Assembly: GCA_963850305.1 (NCBI GenBank) | Contig: CAWKKR010000011.1 | Coordinates: 320,001 to 384,000, forward strand | Source: an uncultured delta proteobacterium | GTDB lineage: Bacteria > Myxococcota_A > Polyangia > Polyangiales > Polyangiaceae | Length of the DNA: 64,000 bases | Reading direction: 5' to 3' | Part shown: piece by piece, positions 28,875-40,135 of the stretch | How positions within the stretch are numbered: the first letter of the stretch is position 1 | Layout: every line of letters starts with the position of its first letter | Program-made: the position numbers and the translations under genes | Notes under the pieces: model-generated | Database searches by the model: none | What the model saw: only the letters and a program-made list of their open reading frames with translations | What the model was told of the DNA's origin: nothing

Positions 28875-30814
28875 ATGTCGAATCAGGGTGAACTGGCCCG
28901 TGCGCCAGGCAGGATACGTCCGTCCCGAGGCGCATCGAGAATCGCGTGCCGGCGCGGGATAGCCGCGACCTTGTTCCTGGCCTTCGGGTGCGGGCGTGCG
29001 CTCCCGAAGGCGTCGCAACCCGACATCGGTGCCAAGGGGGAGCGACCGGCGGAAGCCGTGGCCCCTCCTGCCGAAGGCAGAGCGGTCCGAGACGACAAGG
29101 ACGATGCGAAGACGGCGATTCGCAATGATTCGACCACACGAGTAGCCATAGAACCTCTTATCGCACCCACACCGGTAACCACGGCGGAGGATGGACCGTC
29201 GACGGCGGCGCCGTTCGACCGTTCGATTGCGCCGGAGACGGACCGGTTCGGGGAGTTCTCGGCCGGCACCGCGGGGAACGGCATCGGCGGTCGCGCGACG
29301 AAGCACGGCGTTTCCACTCCCGCGATGGGCATGAGTGCACCGCAAGCCGTACTGGTGCCACCGACCGGCTCGTCCCGCGCGACGACGTTCAACACGGAAG
29401 CGTACCGAGCCACGGAGGACAATCCGTTCGAACTCGCGACGGAAGCGCCACTATCGACGTTCTCGGTCGACGTCGACACGGCATCGTACTCGAACATGCG
29501 ACGCTTCGTGGAGGAGGGCCATCGTCCACCTGCGGACTCGATCCGTGCTGAAGAATGGATCAACTATTTCGGATACGACGATCCGCTCCCGGCGAACGGA
29601 GAACCCATCGCGGTGGAGACCAACGTCACGGAATGCCCGTGGGCGACGGGACACGAGCTACTTCGCGTCGCGCTCTCGACCGCGCCGATCGCGGAAGACA
29701 GGGTCCCGCCCCGGAATCTGGTGTTCTTGATCGACGTATCCGGATCGATGGAGCCGGCAAACAGGCTTCCACTGTTGAAGCGTGGGCTCGAGCTCCTGGT
29801 CCGGCAGCTCCGTTCCATCGATACGCTGTCGATCGTCGTCTACGCGGGCGCGTCGGGCCTTGCGTTGCCTCCGACGTCGGGCGCCGAGCAATCCAAGATT
29901 CTCACCGCGCTTCAGAGCCTCGAGAGCGGCGGCTCGACGAACGGCGCCGAGGGAATGAACCTCGCCTATCAAGTCGCGGAGCATCAGATGAAGCCGGGGG
30001 GATCAATCGCGTGATCCTCGCGACGGACGGCGACTTCAACGTCGGGGTCACGAGCGAAGGGGAGCTCGAGCGGCTCATCGAGCAAAAGAGAAAGTCGGGC
30101 GTCTTCCTGACCGTGCTCGGCTTCGGTGAAGGGAATCTCAAGGACGCGACCATGGAAATGCTCGCCGACAAGGGCAACGGCAACTACGCATACATCGATT
30201 CGCTCGCAGAAGCGCGCCGGGTGCTAGTTCGAGAGGCGGGGGCGACGCTCGTCACGGTCGCCCAGGACGTGAAGCTGCAGCTCGAATTCAACCCTGCTCG
30301 GGTGAAGAGCTATCGCCTGGTCGGATACGAGGATCGCGTTCTGGCGGACCGGGACTTCAACGACGACACGAAGGATGCGGGCGACCTCGGTGCCGGCCAC
30401 CATGTGACCGCGCTCTACGAGATAGTGCCACCCTCCGTGCACGAATCCGGAGGAAGGCCGCCGACCGATGCGCTCAGATACCAGACCGCCCGTGAGCAAA
30501 CGTCCGCTTCGGCGAGCGACGAACTGGTCACGGTGAAGATTCGATACAAGGCCCCCGGTGGCAGCAAGAGTGCACTCCTGTCACGGCCCGTGCTGGACCG
30601 TGTCCTGTCGCTCGCCGACGAACCGGAGAGCGTGCGCTTTTCCGCAGCCGTCGCCGAGTACGCCCTCACCCTCCGCGGCGCTCCAGGATTCGGAGTGGAC
30701 AAGCTCGCAGGTGCCCGCGCGCTCGCTTCGGGAGCGCTGGGTGGGGATCCGCGAGGCGAACGACGTGAGTTCGTGGCGCTCATGGACCGTGCGAGCCGTC
30801 TGCCGAAGGACTGA
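28875..30814 (+). CDS. VWA-domain (YfbK/DUF3520-like) protein; frameshift in the G run at 29996-30001
   Basis: 'STFSVDVDTASY', MIDAS 'DVSGSM'; continues as 'INRVILATDGDFNVG' if one G is restored. Confidence 0.85.
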
Positions 30815-32573
30815 TCGCTCGAAGGCTCGTGAGGACGAGCGCGAGGTCGGGCGCGAGCGTCGCTTCGAACGACAGCGTCAGACCCTCGAGTGACAATCGA
30901 ACGCTGCGTCGGTGCAGGAATGGACGATCGAGGAAGTGGCGCGTGAGAAAGTGGACGTTCGTCCGGTGATCGCCATACCGCTCGTCGCCGACGACGGGAT
31001 GCCCGACGGACGCGAGGTGGCGCCGGCTCTGATCCTCGTGCGCTTCCTCGGGACGCACGACCAGGAGTGAATGTCCACCGATGACCTCGCGGCGTACATA
31101 CCGGCTGCGCGCCGGCTGCGCTCGACCTCGTTCCGGCAGCGGTCGTCGAACGGTGCCCTTGGCGCGGGCAATACCGCGGACGAGGGCGACGTACTCCTCT
31201 TCACCCTTGGCGACCGCCTGGGCTACAAGCGGGACCTGTTCGGGCCCGCGCGCGAACAGGCACACGCCGCTCACGCCGACATCGAGCCGTCGCACCGATA
31301 CGGCGCGCTCGGCGCCGGGAAGAAGCCTGACGCGACTCAGCAGCGACCCCGTGTGGCCACCCTGGGGCTCGACTGGCTCGTGCGGACTTTTGACGGCGGC
31401 GATGAGCATTTCGTCTTCGTGGAGGATCGCGGGCGGCCCCGCGTGCTGTGGCTCCAGAATGGCGAGGGTCTCCACCTCTTCCGTCAAGGGCATCATGTCG
31501 AACGGTGTCAGCGCGCGCGCAGCCAGCCCACGGCGTCCGAGGTCCGACAGATCGCGGGCGAGCGTGGACGGCTCGCACGAGACGTAGACGAGAACCTTCG
31601 CTGACAGGTGAGCGATGGCCGCGCGCACGGATGGTGAAAGCCCTCGGCGCGGCGGATTCACGACGACGACATCGAACGTTTGTCGTTCGACGACGAGCCG
31701 GCGAACGACGTCTTCTGCATCGGCAGCCTCCACCGAAACGTCGAGGCCCTGCAGCTTCGCGGCGCGCCGGGCGAGATGCGCCGCAGGCCCGAACGCTTCG
31801 ACCGCCACGACACTCGCCCCTCGAGCAGCGAGTGCGAGCGACAGAATTCCGACTCCCGCGTAGAGGTCGAGCACGCGGCCGCGGTCGAGCGCACGACTTT
31901 CGAGTGCGCCACGAATGGACTCCAGGATGGCGCGCTGTTGGGCTCGGTGCGCCTGAGCGAAGCTGCCGGGCGCGACGAAATGGAACGGACCGTCCGGGGC
32001 TATCCGGGCCTCGACGTCCTCGGCTCCCGCGAGAACCGTCGGATGCGCGCCGAGCACCTGATGGGAGCGGCCGTCGCGTAAGCTCACTGCCACCCCCACG
32101 ACGCCCGCAGTCGAGGCCATCAGACGGGCCGCTTCGCGGGCGAGACTGCTCGTGTCCGCATCGCCCGGGATGACCAGGGTAATGAACACGCCCGCACCGG
32201 CGCTCTGGAGGTCGAGGGCGCTGAGCGGCACCTCGAGGGGCAGCGTCCGGCGAACGGCCTCCGCGACGCGTGCCACCGCTTCCTCCTGGACGCGACATTC
32301 TGGAATGTCCACGACGTCGTGGGAGCCCCGAGCGAACAGTCCAACCCGGTCGCCTGCGACGACGAGTTTTGCTCGCGCCCGATAGCCCACGATCGGGTCC
32401 GCCGCCCGCGTGGATCCGACCGGGCAGGTTTGCAGCTCGACAAACCGAGCCGTCGCGGCTCGCACGAGATTCGCTTTCGAGACGAGCTGGTCGGCGTAGC
32501 GACGCCCGATGAAGGGGCAGCCGGGGCATTCCGGAGTGTGGATGCAGCTTATGACCGCGTTGGCGTGATTCAC
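30780..32573 (-). CDS. RNA m5U methyltransferase (RlmD/TrmA-like) fused to an RluA-family pseudouridine synthase
   Basis: N-terminal C..ECPGC Fe-S-like motif, 'DLYAGVG', 'NPPRRG', 'YVSCEP'; C-terminal 'RRLDVGVSG', 'GHPVVGDERYG'; GTG start overlaps the upstream stop. Confidence 0.85.
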   Translation of the reverse strand: MNHANAVISCIHTPECPGCPFIGRRYADQLVSKANLVRAATARFVELQTCPVGSTRAADPIVGYRARAKLVVAGDRVGLFARGSHDVVDIPECRVQEEAVARVAEAVRRTLPLEVPLSALDLQSAGAGVFITLVIPGDADTSSLAREAARLMASTAGVVGVAVSLRDGRSHQVLGAHPTVLAGAEDVEARIAPDGPFHFVAPGSFAQAHRAQQRAILESIRGALESRALDRGRVLDLYAGVGILSLALAARGASVVAVEAFGPAAHLARRAAKLQGLDVSVEAADAEDVVRRLVVERQTFDVVVVNPPRRGLSPSVRAAIAHLSAKVLVYVSCEPSTLARDLSDLGRRGLAARALTPFDMMPLTEEVETLAILEPQHAGPPAILHEDEMLIAAVKSPHEPVEPQGGHTGSLLSRVRLLPGAERAVSVRRLDVGVSGVCLFARGPEQVPLVAQAVAKGEEEYVALVRGIARAKGTVRRPLPERGRAQPARSRYVRREVIGGHSLLVVRPEEAHEDQSRRHLASVGHPVVGDERYGDHRTNVHFLTRHFLDRPFLHRRSVRLSLEGLTLSFEATLAPDLALVLTSLRAISPSADGSHGP

Positions 32574-33842
32574 CGAAAGGGCCGCCCTTCTCGGGCATAG
32601 GCTGCCGCTGAACGAAACAAGTTCGCGGCCATCAGGCTCGGTTCTTCCGCGGCACGGCGTTCGTACAACGACGCCACGGTGTCGCGAACCGTCTGGTTCC
32701 CGGGCTGCGCTTCGAGTGCGTAGTCGGCCAGATGGCACGCAAGCACGAGATCCTCGGTGTCGGCGATCTGCCGCGCCCGCTGAGCGAGCGCTTCAACGCC
32801 ACCCGAGAGCGCCGCTATTTCCCGCGCAACGGCTTCCCGCGAAGCGGGTTTCAAGTCGCTCGGCCGCCCACCGAACCAGCCTCCGTAGAAGCGAATGACG
32901 TTGCGAACGATGAACTCGGGGTCATCGTACACGGGCGCGAGCCACGGAGAATTCGACTTCGGAATCTCGACGGCGCGCACGACGTCGACGTGCGGGGGCG
33001 AGCCGTTCTCCATCGCCCGGAGCGTCCGCGTGACGATCGCGTCCAGATAATCGGCGGTTTCGAGCAGCATCGTCTGAATCCGGTCTGGCTCGTTCACGAC
33101 CGGTCCGCCATGGCCGGGACAGAGCGATCGAGGACGGCACGCCGCCATGTCGCGAAGAGCTCGAGCCCATGCCCACGGGTAACGCTGGACCTTCTGGGGA
33201 TTGCCCGCATTCGGAACGGCCCAGATGAAGAGGTCGCCCGAGCAGAGGACGCCGCGTTCCGGGCAGAACACCCAGGTATGATCGTCGGTCTCGCCTTTCG
33301 CGTGGCGGAGTTCGAACCTGACACCGCCGACGACGAGCTCGAGCTCGTCGTCGTAGACCCGAATCCGGTGGGAGCACGGGTGGCCGAAATGTGTCGTAGC
33401 TCGAGTCGTTGCTCGCAGCTCGGACGGTTCCGCCGAACTGGCGAGCGTTGAGCGCCTGATTGTGACCTTCGGTGAGAGCGTAGCGCTCGAAACGGGCCAG
33501 CATGTTGCGGTGACCAACGATGCTCGGTCGCGCCTGATCGGGAACCAGGAATGCCTCGAGGCCGTAAGCGTGATCGATGTGGCCGTGAGTGTAGATTGCC
33601 GTGTGCACCGGCAAGGAGGTCTTCGTGCGGATGAGGCTGGCAATGCCCGGTCCGAGGCGCGCCATGCCCGCGTCCACGACCACGAGTCCATCGTCCGTCT
33701 CGAACGCGGTCGAGCCGCTGAAAATGGAGGCAAACCAGGTTCGCGGCGCCACCTCGACGGGGCCTCCGCTCCAGTAGAACTTTGCCTCTTCGGGGGACTT
33801 GCCGGCATATTCCTGGAATCGAAGGATGGGGTCGTTCGACAT
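32570..33842 (-). CDS. Metallo-beta-lactamase fold alkyl-sulfatase-like hydrolase; +1 frameshift near 33362
   Basis: 'THGHIDH' in the first frame; 'GETDD', 'CPGHG', dimerisation-like C-terminus in the second. Confidence 0.8.
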
Positions 33843-33867
33843 CTGGCTCCGTTAGAGTAAATCAACG

Positions 33868-34164
33868 TTGCTGGCGCCGCTCTGTTTGGCGCTTCGATGC
33901 TCCCGGGCTAGGCGATGCGGCGTGTTCTCCGTCGGAGCCGTCCTGTTACTCCTGTTTGCTCTGCTGTCGATCGCAGGACCGGGCACCGGGCTCGCGGGCT
34001 CACGCACGAAGCATGTGGCGCTCGGCGCTGGCGCGCTCACGGTGCTTGCGGTCGCGGTGTTGCCCCGCGTGGCCACGGATCTCGCGATCCCGTTGCTCGG
34101 ACTCCTCGCCGTTCAACACCTCAGCGGTCGAACCAAAGGGCGCTCCAGCCCCCCTGAACGGTGA
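33868..34164 (+). CDS. Possible small membrane protein or gene remnant
   Basis: Hydrophobic stretches in an otherwise empty gap; overlaps the 3' end of the opposite-strand gene; start unclear. Confidence 0.25.
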   Translation: MLAPLCLALRCSRARRCGVFSVGAVLLLLFALLSIAGPGTGLAGSRTKHVALGAGALTVLAVAVLPRVATDLAIPLLGLLAVQHLSGRTKGRSSPPER

Positions 34165-34735
34165 TTGGCGTCCCGATGATGTGCGCCTCCCACGTTCCGA
34201 CGAATGCCTCTGGATTCGCCTGGTAGCTCCCCTTGATGGTGCCATCGAACGCGAAGCATTCGTTCGCCACGCATTGCACGTTTGCGGCATCCACCGACGT
34301 GACGTGGTAAGCGCCGTGCGTCATGTTCGTGGCGACTTCGCCGGCCTGACACTCGCCGGACGAGACGTCGCCCGCGTCTGCGCCCCCCGGACCGATATCT
34401 GCGGTGAACGAGGCGCCCGTGTTCGTCGACCCGCTGAGCTTGGCGTTGGGATCGAGCTTCAAGAATTCGCCGCTGGGCGTTTGAACCAAGGAGAACTGGA
34501 TCGATCCTGCGAAGGGAAAGTCGACCCCGCCGTCCCCCGAAAAGCTGACGACCGAACCGATGTAGTGGCCGGGCTTGCAGCCATCGACGAGGGGGATATC
34601 GAGAAAATCACTGCTGGCGTCTTTCGTCGCCGCAGACGACTTGGTCGCGACGATGTCCGGAGCCGCGGTACAGCCGACCAGAAGCGCCACGAGGCACTGG
34701 GCTCCGGCACGAACGAACGCGGTTCGCGATGTCAT
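34121..34735 (-). CDS. Hypothetical lipoprotein
   Basis: Lipobox LVGC, beta-rich sequence; last gene of the ECF cluster. Confidence 0.7.
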   Translation of the reverse strand: MTSRTAFVRAGAQCLVALLVGCTAAPDIVATKSSAATKDASSDFLDIPLVDGCKPGHYIGSVVSFSGDGGVDFPFAGSIQFSLVQTPSGEFLKLDPNAKLSGSTNTGASFTADIGPGGADAGDVSSGECQAGEVATNMTHGAYHVTSVDAANVQCVANECFAFDGTIKGSYQANPEAFVGTWEAHIIGTPITVQGGWSALWFDR

Positions 34736-34778
34736 CGGCACCTCGGCCAGTTTAGGCTGGAACCGCGCGCGTCACAAA

Positions 34779-36182
34779 TCAGGGCTCGCCGAGAGCCGCG
34801 CGACGCTTCTGCAGCGCTCCGGCCTCGAGACTCTGAGGATGCGCGGCCAGGAACTCGTCGATGGCCCGCGCTTCCTGCTTCGCATCGCCGAGTTTTCGAT
34901 AGGCCGCAACCTGCGCGAGGCGTGCCTCGACGTCGAGAGGACCGCTCGCGACGAGATACGCGTCGAGGTCATTGAGCGCCGTCGCCGGCTGATCGAGACG
35001 CTCGATCTCGAGTCGCGCCAGGGGCACCAGCACCGTGTGCGCCTCGGGTGAAGCCGGCAACGAGATCACGATCCGTCTATACGCCGAGGCCGCATCGCTC
35101 CATCTTTGTTCGCGAAGCGCCTGCCGCGCGACCGCGAGCAACTCCTCCGCGCTGGGCGTAATCGGCGCGGCCACCGGCGCCAGCGTATCTGCCCGGCCCT
35201 TGCCCGGCGAAGGCTTGTGGGAGCGCGCCGAGGACACCGTGGATGGCGCGTCGTCGGGCGACGGCTCGACTTTCGGCGCCGCGGGCGGTGGAGTCTCGGC
35301 CGGCAACGGCAAGGCTTCGATGGAGCGCTGTGCCACGGTCGCGAGTGCGGCCCATTCCGGCGTCTCCGTACGTGCGTGATCCTCGAGCGGCGTGATGCTC
35401 ACGGACCCGTTCGCAACGAGGCCAATCTTGTGCGCCTGGACGACGTCGGCGCCGCGCTCCCGTCCCACCGCGACTCTTCCTTCGTGGACGATCGTCTCGA
35501 CAGTGCCGCCGGGCTCGAGCGTGACGGTGAATGCCGTGCCCACCGCGGTCGACCACGTCCCGTTCGCGACGACGGAAAACCGTTGCCCGGGGGGGAGCGG
35601 GAACAATGCAACCGCCACGCTGCCCTCCAGCAAATCCACGTGACGTTCCCCGGCTCCCAGCTTCGACAGGCGGAGGCGTGCGCCGCCTGCGAGACACGCG
35701 TGAATCCGTGGTTCCATCGCGACACAGACGGGGCCGCCGACCGCGTCGATCTCCGCACCCATCGCGACGTGAGCTCCGTTCGCAACGGACCTTCCCGCGA
35801 CCCGAGCACCCGCCGCGACGTACTCGACGACCCCCGAGGCGACTGGCGTGACCGGCTTTGGCCGTGACGCGAACAGCGCGACTGCTGCAGCCGCCGCAAG
35901 AACTCCAATGGGGGACCACACCCACCACGAGCGCGACGCTTTCACGGGCGCCCGACGAGATTCGGCGACCGCGCGCACGGCCGCATCTGCGAGCCTGCGA
36001 TTGCCGAGCTCGTCGGACGACGATCCGAGAGACGAAAATTCCTCCCAGAGCCCGAGCTCCGCCGACGCGCGCGGATCGGTCTCGGCGAAGCTCGCCAAGA
36101 ATGCTCGCTCCGATTCGCTCAGCGCATCTCCGACCGCCTCACGATCGGCAACGTCGAGCCAGCGCTCGTAATCGCCCGTCAC
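34779..36182 (-). CDS. FecR-like anti-sigma factor with C-terminal TPR
   Basis: TM segment, FecR-like 'AVGTAFTV...VHEGRVAV', Pro-rich linker, TPR-like tail; overlaps the sigma gene stop. Confidence 0.8.
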   Translation of the reverse strand: MTGDYERWLDVADREAVGDALSESERAFLASFAETDPRASAELGLWEEFSSLGSSSDELGNRRLADAAVRAVAESRRAPVKASRSWWVWSPIGVLAAAAAVALFASRPKPVTPVASGVVEYVAAGARVAGRSVANGAHVAMGAEIDAVGGPVCVAMEPRIHACLAGGARLRLSKLGAGERHVDLLEGSVAVALFPLPPGQRFSVVANGTWSTAVGTAFTVTLEPGGTVETIVHEGRVAVGRERGADVVQAHKIGLVANGSVSITPLEDHARTETPEWAALATVAQRSIEALPLPAETPPPAAPKVEPSPDDAPSTVSSARSHKPSPGKGRADTLAPVAAPITPSAEELLAVARQALREQRWSDAASAYRRIVISLPASPEAHTVLVPLARLEIERLDQPATALNDLDAYLVASGPLDVEARLAQVAAYRKLGDAKQEARAIDEFLAAHPQSLEAGALQKRRAALGEP

Positions 36183-36844
36183 GTGCGCGATCCTTTCCCG
36201 CGCCCGCCGAGCGTCAGGTCGCGCTGAATCAATCGCCGCAGGCTGCGACGAGCCGTCACGAGACGATCTTTGACGGTGCCGACCGGAACTGCCGTGAGCT
36301 CCGCAATCTCATCGACGGTGTATCCGAGAGAATGCTTCATGACGAGCGCCTCCCGCTGGACCTCAGGCAGGACCTGCAAATACTCTTCGAGCGACCGGGG
36401 TGTCTCCGCCCGCACCTCGTCCGCAGGATCGCGATCCGCCGATTTCGGTTCGATCGCTTCGTCTTCGTCGAGCGAATCCACGATCTGGGTGCGCCGTCGC
36501 TCGTCGCGGGCGTGCCGTAGCGTGATCCGCGCCGTGATGCGATCCGCCCAGCGCTCGAGCGACGAACGCCCGGCATAAGTGCGAGCCGATTGGAGAATCT
36601 CCACCAGGGCCACCTGAGAGGCATCTTCCGCGAGCGCCTCGTTTCGAACGATTGCCCGGCTCACCCGTCGAACTCGTCCCGCCAGTCGCAGCGCCACCGT
36701 ATTCATCGCATTCGCATTTCCGGAGGCTACGAGGGTCATGAGCGCAAGGTCTGCCTGCCAGGAGAGAGTGGAAGGCGGCTCCCTGTCCTCCGAGTGGAGC
36801 GGTGCGTCGCGCCTGGTCGGATCTTTCTGGTCGGTCACGGCCAA
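36179..36844 (-). CDS. ECF RNA polymerase sigma factor
   Basis: Region 2 'AEDASQ...WADRIT'; region 4 'GYTVDEIAELTAVPVGTVKDRL'. Confidence 0.9.
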   Translation of the reverse strand: MAVTDQKDPTRRDAPLHSEDREPPSTLSWQADLALMTLVASGNANAMNTVALRLAGRVRRVSRAIVRNEALAEDASQVALVEILQSARTYAGRSSLERWADRITARITLRHARDERRRTQIVDSLDEDEAIEPKSADRDPADEVRAETPRSLEEYLQVLPEVQREALVMKHSLGYTVDEIAELTAVPVGTVKDRLVTARRSLRRLIQRDLTLGGRGKGSRT

Positions 36845-37900
36845 AAGAAGCAGCCGACCTCGATGGCCGGCCGAACCTCTCGAAGTGCGAGGAGCACGTG
36901 ATCGCCGCCATCCCCGCGACTCACATAGGAAAAATCGTTGATCGCCACGTCGGCTCCCCCCATCACATATACTTCCGACACACTCGACAGGGTGTATCCG
37001 AGCCGGACGCGCGGGGAGAGGAAAACCAGCGCGCGCGTGTCGTTGCCCACCCCGTCGTAGGGAGGCTCGGCCGCGACATCCTCACGGCGAAGCACGTCGA
37101 TCATCCCACGAAGCTCGACGGACGGCGTGACCCGCCCGCGTCCGAAGCTATACCCGATATCGATATCCACCGGATGGCGTGCGACCTGAAAGGCCAGACC
37201 GACCTCATTCAGGAGACTCGCGCCATAAAGAACGTACCCCACGCCAGCGTAAAGCCCAATCGGCGAGCGGTACGCGGCAGCGAGCCGGACACCACTCTGC
37301 CAGCCGATCTGGACCGAAGGAGAATCTCCGGCGTACGCGGCGCCGAGAGCCAATCCACGGGGGCGCACGAACGCGGGCGGCCGAGGCATCGGGATGGGTT
37401 CCCTCGCGATCCCAGGAACCCCGAGCGTGGGCTCCGGCGGAAGCGCCACGGGACGCATTCCGATGGTCTCTCCGGAGACCAGGGCCTCGGAGGATTGTCG
37501 CGTGATCACCGAGACGGCCTCGATGGCGGCATCGCTCCCGCCGGACTCGACGGTGACGCGCCGGACCAGCACGCGGTCGGCGCTTCGCTCGGTGAGATAC
37601 ACGAGCCAGTCGCGATCCGTGGCGGTGTCCAGCCAGAAGACACCGAGCGCATCATGAGCCGACGCGAGGGACCTCGCCTCGGACGCCTGCGCCCTCAGCG
37701 GCAACCCGTCGGCAGAGAAGCGCTCGAAGTGCACCTCGATGGAACGTTCCGGCCAGCTGAGCCGTGAGCGCGTCACGCAGCGATGTCTCCACGGCATCCG
37801 AGTGCGGCGACACGAACACGATGGTGTGCGTCGGGAGATCAGGCGCAGCTCCGGCGAGGATCGTGAACATGAGCCACGCGATCGCCGTGAGCGATGTCAC
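36835..37900 (-). CDS. Hypothetical exported/outer-membrane protein; +1 frameshift near 37747
   Basis: Signal-like N-terminus in ORF 37652..38026 joins ORF 36835..37797; beta-barrel-like C-terminus; start uncertain. Confidence 0.55.
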
Positions 37901-38073
37901 GACGACCCGCTTTACCCGCCTTCTTGCTCGCGTCCGAATTCGCCGATCTATGGCACGATCGGGAAAATTTCCGACCGATTCTCCATCCACCGGCCCCAAC
38001 CGGGGGGACGCCGCGTTTGCGCGCATCCGTCGCTGAGCAGGCCCACATACGAGCCCACGGCCAGGTGATTACC

Positions 38074-38418
38074 ATGCGTTTAGAATCTGTAGGAACGATA
38101 CTCGCCGAGCGGATATTGGAGCTGGATGACACGAGCGGTCGACGCCTCGTCACCGTGTTAATCGGGTTGCCACGGAACATTCCCGGTGCGCTCGATTTCT
38201 TCTGCCCCTACCAGGTCCTCGGCCTCGGAGACTGTGCCGTTCGCTACGCGGAGGGCGTCGATGGCGCACAGGCCGTGTATCTCGCGATGGAGGCGCTCGG
38301 GGCACTTCTCGCGGCAACACCGGAAGCGCGCTCCGGAAGCCTCACGTGGTACGGCGAGCGCACCCTCGGCTTCCCCATCCGCGATCAGCGACCGCAGCTC
38401 CGGCTCGTCGCCACGTGA
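38074..38418 (+). CDS. DUF6968-like small protein
   Basis: 'AERIL...VTVLIGLP...CPYQVLG...GVDGAQA' pattern. Confidence 0.65.
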   Translation: MRLESVGTILAERILELDDTSGRRLVTVLIGLPRNIPGALDFFCPYQVLGLGDCAVRYAEGVDGAQAVYLAMEALGALLAATPEARSGSLTWYGERTLGFPIRDQRPQLRLVAT

Positions 38419-38435
38419 CGTCGAGCCGCGTCCCG

Positions 38436-40007
38436 CTACTCTGACGAGAGTACGACGTATTCCACGGCCTCGACGAGCGCGCGCCAGCTCGCTTCGATCA
38501 CGTTTTCGCTGACACCAACCGTTCCGAAACGGCGCTGTTCGAGACGGTGCTCGATGAGCACGAGCACCTTGGCCGCGGTGCCATCCGTCGAGTTCACGAC
38601 ACGCACGCGGTAATCCGTGAGCTGAATGCGACCGAGCACGGGAAACGCGGGCGTGAGCGCTTGCATCAGCGCGTGATTCAAGGCGTCGACGGGGCCATTC
38701 CCCTCGGCCACGCACAGCCGAGCCTCGCCGTGAACGGTGAGCTTCACGGTCGCCTCGACCAGATCCTTCGCATCGCTCGCGGTGCCGATCCCGTGAACAC
38801 GGTAATACTGGAGTTCGAACGCGGCACGCCAGGTACCGAGATGGCGCCGCACCAGAAGATCGAAGCTGCCATCCGCCGATTCGAACGAGTACCCCTCGTT
38901 TTCCCGAGCGACGACCTCGCTCAGGATCGCGGAGACGATCTTGTCGTCGGTGAGCTGCGGATGGGTTCGCTGGAGCTTTGCGATCACGGTGCTCCGACCG
39001 GCGAGCTCGCTCACCAGGATGCGACGCGTGTTGCCCACCGACTCCGGCGGCACATGCTCGTACGTCTTCTCGTTGCGCTGCATCGCGCTCACGTGGATTC
39101 CGCCCTTGTGCGCGAACGCCGCGGGCCCGACGTAAGGCTGATTCACGGGGCCCACCGTGTTCAAGCGCTCCCAGACCGTCCGGCTGAGCTCCGTCAGGTG
39201 CGCGAGATGTCCCGGAGGCAGACAGCGAAACCCGAGCTTCAGCTCGAGGTTGGCGATCACCTGCGTCAGATCGACGTTCCCGGCGCGCTCGCCGAGACCG
39301 TTGATGGTGCCCTGCACCTGGATGCAGCCGCTCTCGATGCCGGCAAGTGAATTGGCCACCGCCAGGCCCGCGTCGTTGTGCACGTGAATCCCGAACTTCG
39401 CGTCGGGAAACCGCTCTCGCACCGCCCGGACCCCCGCTGAAATCTGCGCCGGCAATGACCCGCCGTTGGTGTCACAGAGCACGATGCGCTCCGCGCCCGA
39501 CTCCACCGCCGCGCGGATCGTCTCCAGTGCGTAGTCGCGATTTGCTCGGAGGCCGTCGAAGAAGTGCTCGGCGTCGTAAAACACCGGCTTCCCGGTGCTC
39601 TGCCGCAGAAACGCGATCGAGTCGCGGATCATCGCGAGATTTTCGTCGAGGGAGATGCGCAGCGCGTCCGTGACGTGAAGATCCCAGGTCTTCCCGACGA
39701 TGCACGTGACGTCGGCGTGGCTCAGCACGAGCTCGCGCAGGTTCACGTCGTCGGCCGCGGAGGAACGGGCGTGTCGCGTGGAACCGAATGCCACGATCTT
39801 CGCGTGAATCAGCGGGAACTCGCGAACCTGCTGAAAGTAGGCTGCGTCCTTGGGGTTCGACCCCGGCCACCCTCCTTCGATGTAGGAGACGCCGAAAGCG
39901 TCGAGGGCACGCGTCAGAAACAGCTTGTCCGCGAGACCAAGCGTGACGCCCAGGCCTTGCGTGCCGTCGCGCAGCGTCGTGTCGTAGATCTCGACGAAAG
40001 GAGTCAT
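38436..40007 (-). CDS. cimA: Citramalate synthase
   Basis: 'YDTTLRDGTQG', 'EGGWPGSNPKD', 'YDAEHFFDG', 'HKGGIH', C-terminal 'GNGPVDAL' regulatory domain. Confidence 0.9.
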   Translation of the reverse strand: MTPFVEIYDTTLRDGTQGLGVTLGLADKLFLTRALDAFGVSYIEGGWPGSNPKDAAYFQQVREFPLIHAKIVAFGSTRHARSSAADDVNLRELVLSHADVTCIVGKTWDLHVTDALRISLDENLAMIRDSIAFLRQSTGKPVFYDAEHFFDGLRANRDYALETIRAAVESGAERIVLCDTNGGSLPAQISAGVRAVRERFPDAKFGIHVHNDAGLAVANSLAGIESGCIQVQGTINGLGERAGNVDLTQVIANLELKLGFRCLPPGHLAHLTELSRTVWERLNTVGPVNQPYVGPAAFAHKGGIHVSAMQRNEKTYEHVPPESVGNTRRILVSELAGRSTVIAKLQRTHPQLTDDKIVSAILSEVVARENEGYSFESADGSFDLLVRRHLGTWRAAFELQYYRVHGIGTASDAKDLVEATVKLTVHGEARLCVAEGNGPVDALNHALMQALTPAFPVLGRIQLTDYRVRVVNSTDGTAAKVLVLIEHRLEQRRFGTVGVSENVIEASWRALVEAVEYVVLSSE

Positions 40008-40135
40008 CCGCTTCGAACCCCCATACCCCGAGACCGCCCGAGCGGCGAGGTCCGATTTACCGAAAGGCGGTGCAATCAGGGCATTTTCCAGCGGTTTTTA
40101 CGCCCGGCACCGCATGAGGTAAGCTCACGTTCGCC

